A stretch of DNA of 64,000 nucleotides from an uncultured Spirochaetia bacterium. GTDB taxonomy: Bacteria > Spirochaetota > Spirochaetia > CAKZLE01. Position numbers and translations under genes: made by a program. Below the pieces are notes generated by a model, which worked only from the letters and a program-made list of their open reading frames with translations, had not been told where the DNA came from and did no database searches. This document shows positions 49,483-58,716 of this stretch, piece by piece. The stretch's first letter is position 1, and each line of letters starts with the position of its first letter. The stretch covers positions 14,557 to 78,556 of the forward strand of contig CAKZLE010000004.1 in assembly GCA_937125225.1 (NCBI GenBank), written 5' to 3'.

Positions 49483-51714
49483 ATGGGAAAGAATCATTGC
49501 TCACTACTATTACATGACATATCAGAAAGGATCTATCTTTTCGAGACACCAGAAGAGGTCGATGGCTTTCTTACTGAAGCTATAACGTTGCTGATGGGGG
49601 AGTCTGGTGCCTCTCTAGGAGCGGTCTTCGTACGGGATGATCGTTCACAGGAGTTGGTCTTCCGTGTCGGAATTGATGACGAGGGCTACTGGGACCGGTC
49701 GATCTGCAGTAAAGATCAAGCTAGCAGGAGATTTCGTTATGATGGGACTGATCTTGGAAGGGCCTTTAGAGAGGGGGCGACCCGGTTTCATACCTATAGT
49801 GAGGATGATGAGGCTCATCCATTAAAATCTAAGATCCTCATTCCGATCATTAGAGGGCCAGAGAAGATGGGAGTCTTCATCATGGCTCATAAAGATGCTC
49901 ATGCGTTCTCGGATGTCGACCATGAAGATATACTCAATACCTCATCTCTGTTAGGGGCGATGCTCGCTGAATCTACGATGTTGATCAATGAAGGTGCTAA
50001 GGAGCCGAGTACTCTTGAAAGAGGACCTTCCGTGATCAAAGGGATAAAGACCTCTGAAGGTCTTGTTGAAGGTAGGGCTTTGCCTATCTGGTCAGATACG
50101 AACAGCGCTGTAGAACATTTACCACCCCAAGGGACTCCACAAGAGGAAGAGGCTCTCTTCAATAGGTCTCAGAGTCTATCTTTAGAGCAGTTAGAAGAGA
50201 TGCAGAATGCATCTGCAGCGATCGACTCAGAGATCATCTCTCTCATCTTCACCGCTCAGTACTATATGCTCAAAGATGAGAGTCTAACCAATAAGATCCT
50301 TACCCGTATCAAAGAGGGCTTCTCTGCACCGGATGCAGTCCATGCGGTGATAGATGAATATGCTGAGATCTTCTCCAATATGAAAGAACTCAGATTCGCT
50401 GAGAAGGCTCAGGATGTGCGGGACCTGGGCTTTAGACTCATCACCAATATGGGGAAACCACGTGATGAGGGTTTTTCCTATAAGGGCCAGATTGTCCTTT
50501 CGAGACATATATACCCATCAGATCTTTTCAGACTCGCAGTAGAGAAGGTCGCTGGACTCGCACTTCGAGGTGCCGGAGTGACTGCTCATATCTCGATACT
50601 TGCACGATCTCTCAACCTCCCTGTACTCGTGACTGATGATAAAGATCTCTTAGAGATCCCAGAAGGGACCCCTCTATTACTAGATGCTACAGGCGGTAGA
50701 CTCTATATACGACCGACTGAAGAGACTATCACGAGTGTTAGAAAACAAAGGGCATTGAAGCTGTCAGTGAGAGATTTCTATATGCTCAAGGGCAGCACCT
50801 CTGATGGAGTCCATGTGCATGTTGCGGCAAATGTGAACCTCCATAATGATGCTAAGGTCGCAGTCGCTCAGGGAGCCGAGGGTATAGGGCTGTATCGATC
50901 AGAGTTCCCCTTCATCTTAAAGAAAGACTTTCTCTCTGAAGAACAACAATATAGAATCTATAAATCGATTATCGATACCCAGCAGGGAAAACCGGTGATC
51001 ATGAGGACCACCGATATCGGTGGGGATAAACTCCTCAAGGGACGTTCTGAAGAGGAGACCAACCCCTTCCTTGGAGTCCGGGGGATCAGGTTCTCTCTAG
51101 CGAACCGGGAGATGTTCCGTAACCAGCTGAAGGCTATGCTACGAGCAGGGGCTAACGCTGATCTGAGTATCATGGTTCCTATGGTTACCGATGTGGAGGA
51201 GATACTTACCGTAAAAGAGGAGCTAGCTCTTTGCATCGAACAGCTCAAGAACAGGAAGGCAGAATTCAATCCTGCACCAAGACTCGGTGCGATGATAGAA
51301 CTGCCCTCTGCTGCTATGGCAGTCGATGAGTTGGCAGAAGAGACCGACTTCCTCTCTATCGGTTCCAATGACCTGACGATGTATCTCCTAGCGATAGATC
51401 GGACCAATAAGAATCTTAGCCATCTCTACAGGAGTTACCATCCTGTCGTGCTGAAAGTACTTGCTCAGATTGCTGAGAAATCCGGTGATAAGATCAGTGA
51501 ACTCTCCATCTGTGGAGAGGCCGCATCAGACCCAGTACTCTTACCCTTTCTCCTCGGTATCGGTATCAGAAAATTGAGTGTGATCCCTTCTAAGATAGAA
51601 GAGGTCAAGCGAAATCTGTTCAACTACTCCATTGAAGAGGCTGAGAAGATCGCACAGCAGATGCTCTCGATCAGGCGTATAGGAGATATGGAGAAGTATA
51701 TCAAAGCATTATAG
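49483..51714 (+). CDS. ptsP: PEP-protein phosphotransferase (Enzyme I) with N-terminal GAF domain
   Basis: GAF-like first ~170 aa; TAHISIL phospho-His; GIGLYRSEF, NPFLGVRGIR, SIGSNDL, SICGE. Confidence 0.9.
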   Translation: MGKNHCSLLLHDISERIYLFETPEEVDGFLTEAITLLMGESGASLGAVFVRDDRSQELVFRVGIDDEGYWDRSICSKDQASRRFRYDGTDLGRAFREGATRFHTYSEDDEAHPLKSKILIPIIRGPEKMGVFIMAHKDAHAFSDVDHEDILNTSSLLGAMLAESTMLINEGAKEPSTLERGPSVIKGIKTSEGLVEGRALPIWSDTNSAVEHLPPQGTPQEEEALFNRSQSLSLEQLEEMQNASAAIDSEIISLIFTAQYYMLKDESLTNKILTRIKEGFSAPDAVHAVIDEYAEIFSNMKELRFAEKAQDVRDLGFRLITNMGKPRDEGFSYKGQIVLSRHIYPSDLFRLAVEKVAGLALRGAGVTAHISILARSLNLPVLVTDDKDLLEIPEGTPLLLDATGGRLYIRPTEETITSVRKQRALKLSVRDFYMLKGSTSDGVHVHVAANVNLHNDAKVAVAQGAEGIGLYRSEFPFILKKDFLSEEQQYRIYKSIIDTQQGKPVIMRTTDIGGDKLLKGRSEEETNPFLGVRGIRFSLANREMFRNQLKAMLRAGANADLSIMVPMVTDVEEILTVKEELALCIEQLKNRKAEFNPAPRLGAMIELPSAAMAVDELAEETDFLSIGSNDLTMYLLAIDRTNKNLSHLYRSYHPVVLKVLAQIAEKSGDKISELSICGEAASDPVLLPFLLGIGIRKLSVIPSKIEEVKRNLFNYSIEEAEKIAQQMLSIRRIGDMEKYIKAL

Positions 51715-51833
51715 AGAACTGCGATCTCTCAGCTACCTCATGCAGATACATAAGGGCCTCTGATCTGATCTATTAGATCGCTTTTGAGTTTGGTTGACCG
51801 GTTCCTGATAAGATGATCATAAGGGGGGGATAC

Positions 51834-52328
51834 ATGGAGAGAATAAGAATACACCATTTCTTCGATATCATCAGGGATCATGGTAAAGGAAAGCTTCTGA
51901 AGCCCCATCCATATGGACATGCCTATCATACGGTAGGGAACAGACTCATTTCAGGGGAGATCGACCAGATTCGTTTGGTTATTGAGAATGATGATATCTG
52001 TTGTGACTGTAGTAAACTCGTTTCCGGACACTGCATCGATACCATACACCATCGAGCAGATTTCACCTCAAAGGAGAAGTTCAATGATTATCTTGATTCA
52101 AGGATCATGAAGACCCTTGGATTGGAAGGGGGACAGATCATTTCTATTGAGGCACTGCTAGACCTAACCTGTATCTATCTTGACCATATCGAGGATCTCT
52201 ATGAGGGGAATGATCCTGAACATACAAGAACGAGAGCTGTAAACGTTACAAGAGGTACCCATCTCATGAAGGCCATCATATCAGGAAACCTCTCTCAGTA
52301 TACGACTGAGGAGAATGAGAATGGATGA
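51834..52328 (+). CDS. DUF1284-like putative metal-binding protein
   Basis: RIHHFFD...NDDICCDC...C pattern. Confidence 0.6.
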   Translation: MERIRIHHFFDIIRDHGKGKLLKPHPYGHAYHTVGNRLISGEIDQIRLVIENDDICCDCSKLVSGHCIDTIHHRADFTSKEKFNDYLDSRIMKTLGLEGGQIISIEALLDLTCIYLDHIEDLYEGNDPEHTRTRAVNVTRGTHLMKAIISGNLSQYTTEENENG

Positions 52329-52544
52329 TTGAAGATCGGTTATTTCATAGATCCCGTAAAGAGTACATCATTGGTGTCCAGTAGTATAAAAGCATAGTCT
52401 ATAGACTCTTCTACAAGCAGGGGGACTTGTGAAGTTCCTTTTATTCTTCTCATCTTACAGATTCCATCAATGCACCTGAATTCTTGCTGGCAAATAGTAT
52501 TTAGTATATAGTTACTAGATGTATATAAGATTCTCGATAACTGG

Positions 52545-54896
52545 ATGAACTGTATGGGTATAAAGCGTAATGTGTTTGAGTGGTCTGGCAGTCATGCAAT
52601 CCTTATAGTAGTCATAACAGCTGTTCTCACCATATGCTTAGGATTCTCTGCTCTCAGGATCACACTGGATTCGAATATTCAGAATCTCGTCCCTGAAGAT
52701 GACGGGGTAAAGATGATCCTTGAGCAACATGGGTTTGAAGAGGGCACCTACCGGATACTCATTCTGGCTATTGAGAGTGGGCAGAAAGACATATTTGACC
52801 TAGAGGGCCTTCAGTTATTCGAACAAGTCATCCATGAGATCGAAGCTCTCGATGGTATAGAGGAGAGTATCAATCCCTTCAATTCGATATCCTTCAAAAA
52901 AGAGGGATCTAGGCTAGTCGTCTCCACATCAGGGCCGGATGGTAGAGCTCCCAGGAATCAATCTGAACTTGAGATCTATAGAAAAGCATTTGTCGGAGAT
53001 CCCACACTTGTAGGGACTGTAAGGTCAGAGGACTCTTCAATGATCTCAACCTATTTCTATTGCGATAGCATTGATGATACTCAGCTGTTCATGCAGGAAT
53101 TCAATCTATTGATCGAACCTCTGAAGCAATATTACTCTGTCTATGCCAGTGGTGATCATGTATTCACTGCAAGGACAGAGACCTATATGTCAAAGGATCT
53201 CTCAATTCTCCTTATCCTCAGCAGTCTATGCATTCTCATCTTCTTCTATCTTGGGTTCAGATCCTTACGAGCAGTCATCCTTCCCTTTATGAGTGTCATC
53301 ATCGGGACGATCTGGAGTCTGGGGTTGATGGTACTCTTTAAGATCGAATTGACTATTATAGGAATCATGATGCCTCCTTTGGTAATAACCCTTGGTACCT
53401 CCTACAGTATTCATCTTCTCAATGAGTATTATCGCTCTATGCCCCAAAAGATAGTGGATACCCGCTGGATCACGCTGGGGGTCATGAGAATATCTGGGAC
53501 GATACTCATGGCAAGCCTTACCACTGCTGTAGGGTTCTTGAGTCTCCTGACGACTTCTTTGAGCCAGACCCGTGATTTTGGCCTTGCATCTGCCTTCGGT
53601 ATCGTCAGTTGTGCTGTTCTCTCGCTCTTCTTCCTTCCTGCTGTTCTGACACTACTACCTTCACCAGCCTCAAAACATACCGACTCAGTTCGTAATGGGT
53701 TACTGACTCGATTGATGGGTAGGCTAGCAGAGAGAATCTATGAACTACGTTTACCTGTTCTTGGAGTTCTCGTCTGTATACTAGGGGTATTCTTCATAGT
53801 GAATCCCCATATGACGCATCAATCAGATTACCTGAACTATTTCCCTGAGAAAGAACCGATGGTTCAGGAGCTCAAATACCTTACAGAGAGACTTGGTAGT
53901 TTTCAACCAGTCAACATCACCTTGAAAGCTCCGAACGATCAGAAAGAATATTTTCTTCAGAATGATATAGTGTTGAAAGTCTCAGAATTTGAGAAGGAAC
54001 TACTTTCAGACCCCTCTGTTCAAAGGGTCAGATCCTATATCAGTTATCTGAAAGATATCAATTATATTATGAGTGGTGAATCGGTATTACCTGAAAGCCG
54101 TGGTCTTACGATGGTCGTGAGTCGATTATTCAAGTTGTTCGATCTTCAAACCACCGATGCCATGGCAAAGACCTTGATCGATCAGGATTACTCAGAGATC
54201 ACGATCAACTGCATCGTTCGTAATCCAGAAACAGGACTTCTCGTGAATGACCAGGCCTTTCTTGATCTATACACTCATATGAATGCCACCATTGAAGAGT
54301 ACCTTCCTGCTGAGATCGAACATGAGGTATGGTGTAATGCCCTCATCTATCTTAATCTCAGCAATATAATCAATGAAGATCAGCTTATGTCGGTATTACT
54401 CTCGATGCTCTTCATATTCCTCACAACGTTCGGGATCTTTCGAGTCTTCCGCTATAGTCTCCTAGTTCTAGTTCCGTTGACCTTCGGATTGATGATGAAT
54501 ACGATCTTCATGGTTTCATTTGGGATTCCCCGAGATATGATAACCCTCATGGTATCTAGTGTAGCGATCGGGGTAGGTGTAGATGATGCGATTCATTTCA
54601 TGCTTCAATATATCAAGCAGAGGAAACGGTATGAGAGTAATATTCGATTGGCTCTGATCTCTACCCTGAAGATCACCGGGAGACCTATTCTCCTCACGAC
54701 CATCTCTATCTTTGCCGGTATGATGGTACTCACAGCGGCTAGTTTCAAGGGAATCGCCGTCTTTGGCCTACTTGTCTCGGTCGCTCTTGTATCGACGATG
54801 CTAGGGACTCTTATCTTCCTTCCTGCGATCCTTGCGGTATTCGGTAAAAGGAAGGATCAACGTATCCTAAAGATTCCAGGAGACAAAGAGTTGTGA
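52545..54896 (+). CDS. MMPL/RND family transporter
   Basis: Two repeats of TM1-large loop-5TM; LGTSYSIH, AIGVGVDDAIHF, TGRPILLT. Confidence 0.92.
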   Translation: MNCMGIKRNVFEWSGSHAILIVVITAVLTICLGFSALRITLDSNIQNLVPEDDGVKMILEQHGFEEGTYRILILAIESGQKDIFDLEGLQLFEQVIHEIEALDGIEESINPFNSISFKKEGSRLVVSTSGPDGRAPRNQSELEIYRKAFVGDPTLVGTVRSEDSSMISTYFYCDSIDDTQLFMQEFNLLIEPLKQYYSVYASGDHVFTARTETYMSKDLSILLILSSLCILIFFYLGFRSLRAVILPFMSVIIGTIWSLGLMVLFKIELTIIGIMMPPLVITLGTSYSIHLLNEYYRSMPQKIVDTRWITLGVMRISGTILMASLTTAVGFLSLLTTSLSQTRDFGLASAFGIVSCAVLSLFFLPAVLTLLPSPASKHTDSVRNGLLTRLMGRLAERIYELRLPVLGVLVCILGVFFIVNPHMTHQSDYLNYFPEKEPMVQELKYLTERLGSFQPVNITLKAPNDQKEYFLQNDIVLKVSEFEKELLSDPSVQRVRSYISYLKDINYIMSGESVLPESRGLTMVVSRLFKLFDLQTTDAMAKTLIDQDYSEITINCIVRNPETGLLVNDQAFLDLYTHMNATIEEYLPAEIEHEVWCNALIYLNLSNIINEDQLMSVLLSMLFIFLTTFGIFRVFRYSLLVLVPLTFGLMMNTIFMVSFGIPRDMITLMVSSVAIGVGVDDAIHFMLQYIKQRKRYESNIRLALISTLKITGRPILLTTISIFAGMMVLTAASFKGIAVFGLLVSVALVSTMLGTLIFLPAILAVFGKRKDQRILKIPGDKEL

Positions 54897-54941
54897 ACGG
54901 TAGTGTGATCCATCATATGCTGTGAGATGGCCAAATCTTCA

Positions 54942-56585
54942 TCAAGTCAGAGATTTTACCAGTTTTCTACTGGTCTTCCTTGAGAAATCGACTCGGTCTT
55001 CCACAGTGAAGATATGACGAGGCTTGAGTTGTCCCAACGAAGAGGTAGAATCAATCTTATCAAGGATCTCTGTCTGTATTTCACTGAATGCTTCAGGGTG
55101 TGTGATACGTATCTCAAGTAACCCCATACTCTCTGCTGATTTGACCGTCTCTGTCTCATCTTGGGTCTTATACATCAGGGCCTTTCGTACCTTCTGGTCA
55201 TACCCCTCAATATTATCAGGTATCTGTTCCGGATAGATCAGGAAGATCAGCGGACCAGGCCCTTTATCCCCATTCCTGACTCGAAATAGTTCCCACCAGG
55301 CAATATTGTGAAGTGAGAGGAGCGCCTGTTGTATTTGAGGAGTATAAATCTTCTTCCCCATGAAGGATCCCATCTCCTCATCAGTCTCGAAATCGATAGC
55401 ATCTGCAGAGCGTGCGATAACCCGTATTGCCGGGGCCGGTACAGGTTCAGAGAGTTCTTTGGGGTATAACAGTGCAGTCTCGGGAGTGAATGCTCTGAGA
55501 GGTTCTGCGATCTCCAGCAGATCCCCAGTGGCATAACGAAACAGAGGCAGTGCCTCTCCCGGGCGGGAGATGATGAGTTCTCCAGTCATCCCTTTCTCCC
55601 ATTTGTACCAGGGGATGGTCTGAACCCCATAGTCTGGATCCTTCTTTGCCTTATAGACTTCTAGAGGGTCAGCGAGCTCTGCATAGAGTGCCGGCATCAA
55701 CAAAGCAAGGGCATCATCACGCTTATTCAAGGTAGCACCGATGATCGGCACTTCAGTACTTCCATAGACATCATACATGCTGAGGTTCGGGAAGAATTCA
55801 TGTATCATCTCTATATAGGAGGAGAGAGGTTCTGCATAGGAGAACCCTATATACATATGTTCCATTGCCTGACTGAGCTTTTTGGTATTGAATCCTGACA
55901 GGACCATCTTAGCAGTGGGTTTGGCCAGGAAGGCTGGTAGATGTATGTCATTCTTCAATACTCTCTCTACACTCTCATAGATATATTGTTGATCACGAAC
56001 AGCCTTGCATATGAGAAAATAGGCTAGTGTTGGACCGGCAATGACGTCAGCCCCTGAACTCTTTGAAGCTTTCTTCAGGGCTTTGATGAAGTCTAGTCCA
56101 TTCTTGATGGGAGTATACATCCCTCCACTGGGTATGAATCGGTCTTTGACCAATTCAAGGAGTTTACCTGAGACCATCGGCATCTTGGAACCGAAATTCC
56201 AGAAGGAGAGATCCGACCTGACTCCTGTTAACCATGCATAGGCTGCCCAGATGTCGGCTAATGAGTCAGTATCCTCTTTAGTATAATAAAAGGTCTTTGA
56301 GACCCCTGAATACCCTGAAGTCTTAAAACAGTAGGTGTGAGGTGTGTTCAAGACAGATCCGAGAGGGTGCTCATGCAAAGTACGTGTGATCTTTTCAGAG
56401 GATATGATTGGTAATCCAATCATCTCCTCAGGGTCCTTGATGATCGGTAGTCTCTCACCGTATAGGAGCGTTGCTCTCCTCGCTTGTGTTGATATCTTCT
56501 TTAGTAGTGATCTGTGTTCTTCGATTCTCTGCTCAGGGGTGACACAGAAGAGATCTTTTGCGATTTGAGAAGTTGTTAATGCCAT
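54942..56585 (-). CDS. Adenylate-forming (ANL) enzyme, PaaK/GH3-like
   Basis: KTSGYSGVSK P-loop, DVYGSTE, PLFRYATGD. Confidence 0.78.
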   Translation of the reverse strand: MALTTSQIAKDLFCVTPEQRIEEHRSLLKKISTQARRATLLYGERLPIIKDPEEMIGLPIISSEKITRTLHEHPLGSVLNTPHTYCFKTSGYSGVSKTFYYTKEDTDSLADIWAAYAWLTGVRSDLSFWNFGSKMPMVSGKLLELVKDRFIPSGGMYTPIKNGLDFIKALKKASKSSGADVIAGPTLAYFLICKAVRDQQYIYESVERVLKNDIHLPAFLAKPTAKMVLSGFNTKKLSQAMEHMYIGFSYAEPLSSYIEMIHEFFPNLSMYDVYGSTEVPIIGATLNKRDDALALLMPALYAELADPLEVYKAKKDPDYGVQTIPWYKWEKGMTGELIISRPGEALPLFRYATGDLLEIAEPLRAFTPETALLYPKELSEPVPAPAIRVIARSADAIDFETDEEMGSFMGKKIYTPQIQQALLSLHNIAWWELFRVRNGDKGPGPLIFLIYPEQIPDNIEGYDQKVRKALMYKTQDETETVKSAESMGLLEIRITHPEAFSEIQTEILDKIDSTSSLGQLKPRHIFTVEDRVDFSRKTSRKLVKSLT

Positions 56586-56590
56586 ACAGT

Positions 56591-56666
56591 ATTGTAGAAG
56601 TCGGTTAGGATATAAGTCAAATACAAATTAATATTTATTTACACGGAGGGGCGGGTACATTAGAAT
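56591..56666. promoter_or_regulatory. Back-to-back sigma70 promoters, both abutting start codons
   Basis: Minus: TTGACT-18-TACAAT-5-ATG(56585). Plus: TTTACA-17-TAGAAT-7-ATG(56674). Confidence 0.6.
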
Positions 56667-56673
56667 CATCTTA

Positions 56674-57996
56674 ATGATACCTAAAACACAAAGATCATAT
56701 TATGGTTTCCTGCTTTTCTACCTGGGATTGTATGAGATCTTCGACAGCTATTTGACTGTTGGTTATACTATGCATGTCTCTCTAGTCATAGATTATTTTC
56801 AGACTACACTCTCATCATATTATCAGGCTGTCGCTTTTGGTTCTCTTGGTCTGTTCTTCGTTGTCATGACCCTGATCCTTGCCGACTTGATCGGGAGGAG
56901 GATATTACTCATCATCGTCTTCTTTGGAATGGGTTTGAGTATGTTCTTCCTGAATCTGACTCAGACTATCGAACAGTATGGCTATGCATTATTCGCGATG
57001 TTCATCTTCTTCTCATCTGATCTTTGGGTGATCATCATCGCAGAGGAGGCTCCCCCAAAGAAACGGGCTCGATATTCTTATATCATATCATCAATCGGAG
57101 TCTTAGGTATCTTCCTGATCCCTCTATTCAAGGTGTTCCTGACCCAGGCATCCAATCCTGCATCATGGAAACGAATGACCTGGTTCGGTTGGCTGGCAAT
57201 GCCTTTGAGTCTTCTAGGTCTATTGATCAAAGAGAATCCTTCGAACATGGACCAGAGAGAAAGAAACGCCAGAGTAGAGTTACAGGATCGTAGATTCCGT
57301 GTTCAACCCAAAATGATTCTAAACCAGATGAAAGGACTCTTTATTGAGAGAAGGTGGAAGACCTCTTTAGTCTTTATGGGAATAGGATTGCTCATCGGAT
57401 TGAATGCTGCATCATTTCAGACGATAGAGAACTATTTGATGCATACATTGTCTCCGAGTTTTCCCGACCCTGAGATTCGAAAGAATACCATTGCACTCAT
57501 TCTCACTGTTGCAAATGTGGGGGCGCTATCAGTATATGTATTTACAGGATTACTGGCAGATAGATTCGGAAGGAAGCCGATCCTGCTTCTTTTTAGTTCC
57601 CTCTTTGGCTTTTCAGTATTCGGATTGGTGATTGCAGCTGAGACAGGGATGATCATCATGCTCTACATCACTGTATTCACGGCCCAGATGGGCTACTGGG
57701 GATTGTTCTCGTTAGTTAAACTCTATAATGCTGAATGTTTTCCAGCAAGTGTACGGGGGACTGCAGCCGGTCTACGAACCATCATGTTTGCGATCGGGAT
57801 GACAGTAGGAAGTCTGGTCGCAGCTCTTATGGTCTCCCGTTTCTCAGATTATATTGTCTATTTAGTCTATGCAGGGTTGTTCACTGCAGGGATCACCTAT
57901 TTCTCTTTGATTCTGCCGGAGACAAAAGGTTTGGACCTGAGTGACAAGGGTACCGATGGTCTGGTTTATGAGACCATTGAGAATGAAGCCTTTTAA
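56674..57996 (+). CDS. MFS transporter
   Basis: LADLIGRR and LADRFGRK motif A; AEEAPPKKRA, AECFPASVRG, LPETKG. Confidence 0.92.
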   Translation: MIPKTQRSYYGFLLFYLGLYEIFDSYLTVGYTMHVSLVIDYFQTTLSSYYQAVAFGSLGLFFVVMTLILADLIGRRILLIIVFFGMGLSMFFLNLTQTIEQYGYALFAMFIFFSSDLWVIIIAEEAPPKKRARYSYIISSIGVLGIFLIPLFKVFLTQASNPASWKRMTWFGWLAMPLSLLGLLIKENPSNMDQRERNARVELQDRRFRVQPKMILNQMKGLFIERRWKTSLVFMGIGLLIGLNAASFQTIENYLMHTLSPSFPDPEIRKNTIALILTVANVGALSVYVFTGLLADRFGRKPILLLFSSLFGFSVFGLVIAAETGMIIMLYITVFTAQMGYWGLFSLVKLYNAECFPASVRGTAAGLRTIMFAIGMTVGSLVAALMVSRFSDYIVYLVYAGLFTAGITYFSLILPETKGLDLSDKGTDGLVYETIENEAF

Positions 57997-58060
57997 AAAG
58001 AGGAGCTTACTCAAAGCTAGTATGCCCCTTCCCACTCTCATCAAGGTCGTTACACCACTA

Positions 58061-58290
58061 GATATCATAAAGATGTGACATGGACTCCTGAAGATAGCAC
58101 AGACTTTCAGAGTCACGAGAAGTGATCTTGATACCAGACTTAGTGAGTGTCTCATGTGAAGATCCTATTCAGCCCCATTCTCTTACCTGTCTCATCTCTC
58201 TGTTATCATGAGAATCTTTGAGAAGTATTCAAGTGAGAGGATACGCAATACACTCAAGAAGGTAAATGTGGTGAAGCTCGATAGCAAGAT
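58061..58290 (+). mobile_element. Decayed IS1634-like (DDE) transposase C-terminal fragment
   Basis: Across a stop and two frameshifts: DIIKM*HGLLKIAQTFRVTRSDLDTR / VSVSCEDPIQPHSLTCLISL / VIMRIFEKYSSERIRNTLKK, resembling Y-x-x-LW-x-IE-x-x-FR-x-x-K-SDL-x-x-RP...HI-x-AHF-x-x-CFISL. Confidence 0.72.
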
Positions 58291-58586
58291 ATCAAGACTA
58301 CAAATTCGATCAGGTATCACAAAGACTCATAAAAGTGGATGTGAAACTAGATTCGGGTAGAATGTATCCACGAAGTATGCGATCAAGAACAGGTTGGCGA
58401 AACGACGGAACCTAACTGACTCTCTTCATGAACAAGCTTTTGAGACTCCTTTCTCTATCATAACTACACAATAGGTTATTTCCTCTGTTACGTCTTGGTC
58501 ATGATAGACCATGAATCCTACGGAGTTTAAAGGAATCTTTGATCAAAACTCATGAAAGATGAAAAATTCTTCGTTCTTATTGTGTG

Positions 58587-58649
58587 TAGTGTTGACTAAT
58601 ATATAAAAGTTTAGTAAATACTATAATATATGTTTTATAGTGAATACTA
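58587..58649. promoter_or_regulatory. Three TAGT-N4-ACTA palindromes (likely TetR operator array)
   Basis: TAGTGTTGACTA 58587, TAGTAAATACTA 58612, TAGTGAATACTA 58638; the first overlaps TTGACT. Confidence 0.65.
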
Positions 58650-58716
58650 AAATAAATTAAAACAGGTGGACGAACATGTGCCAATGATTGGTACCAATCC
58701 ATCAGGAGAGAAAGAG

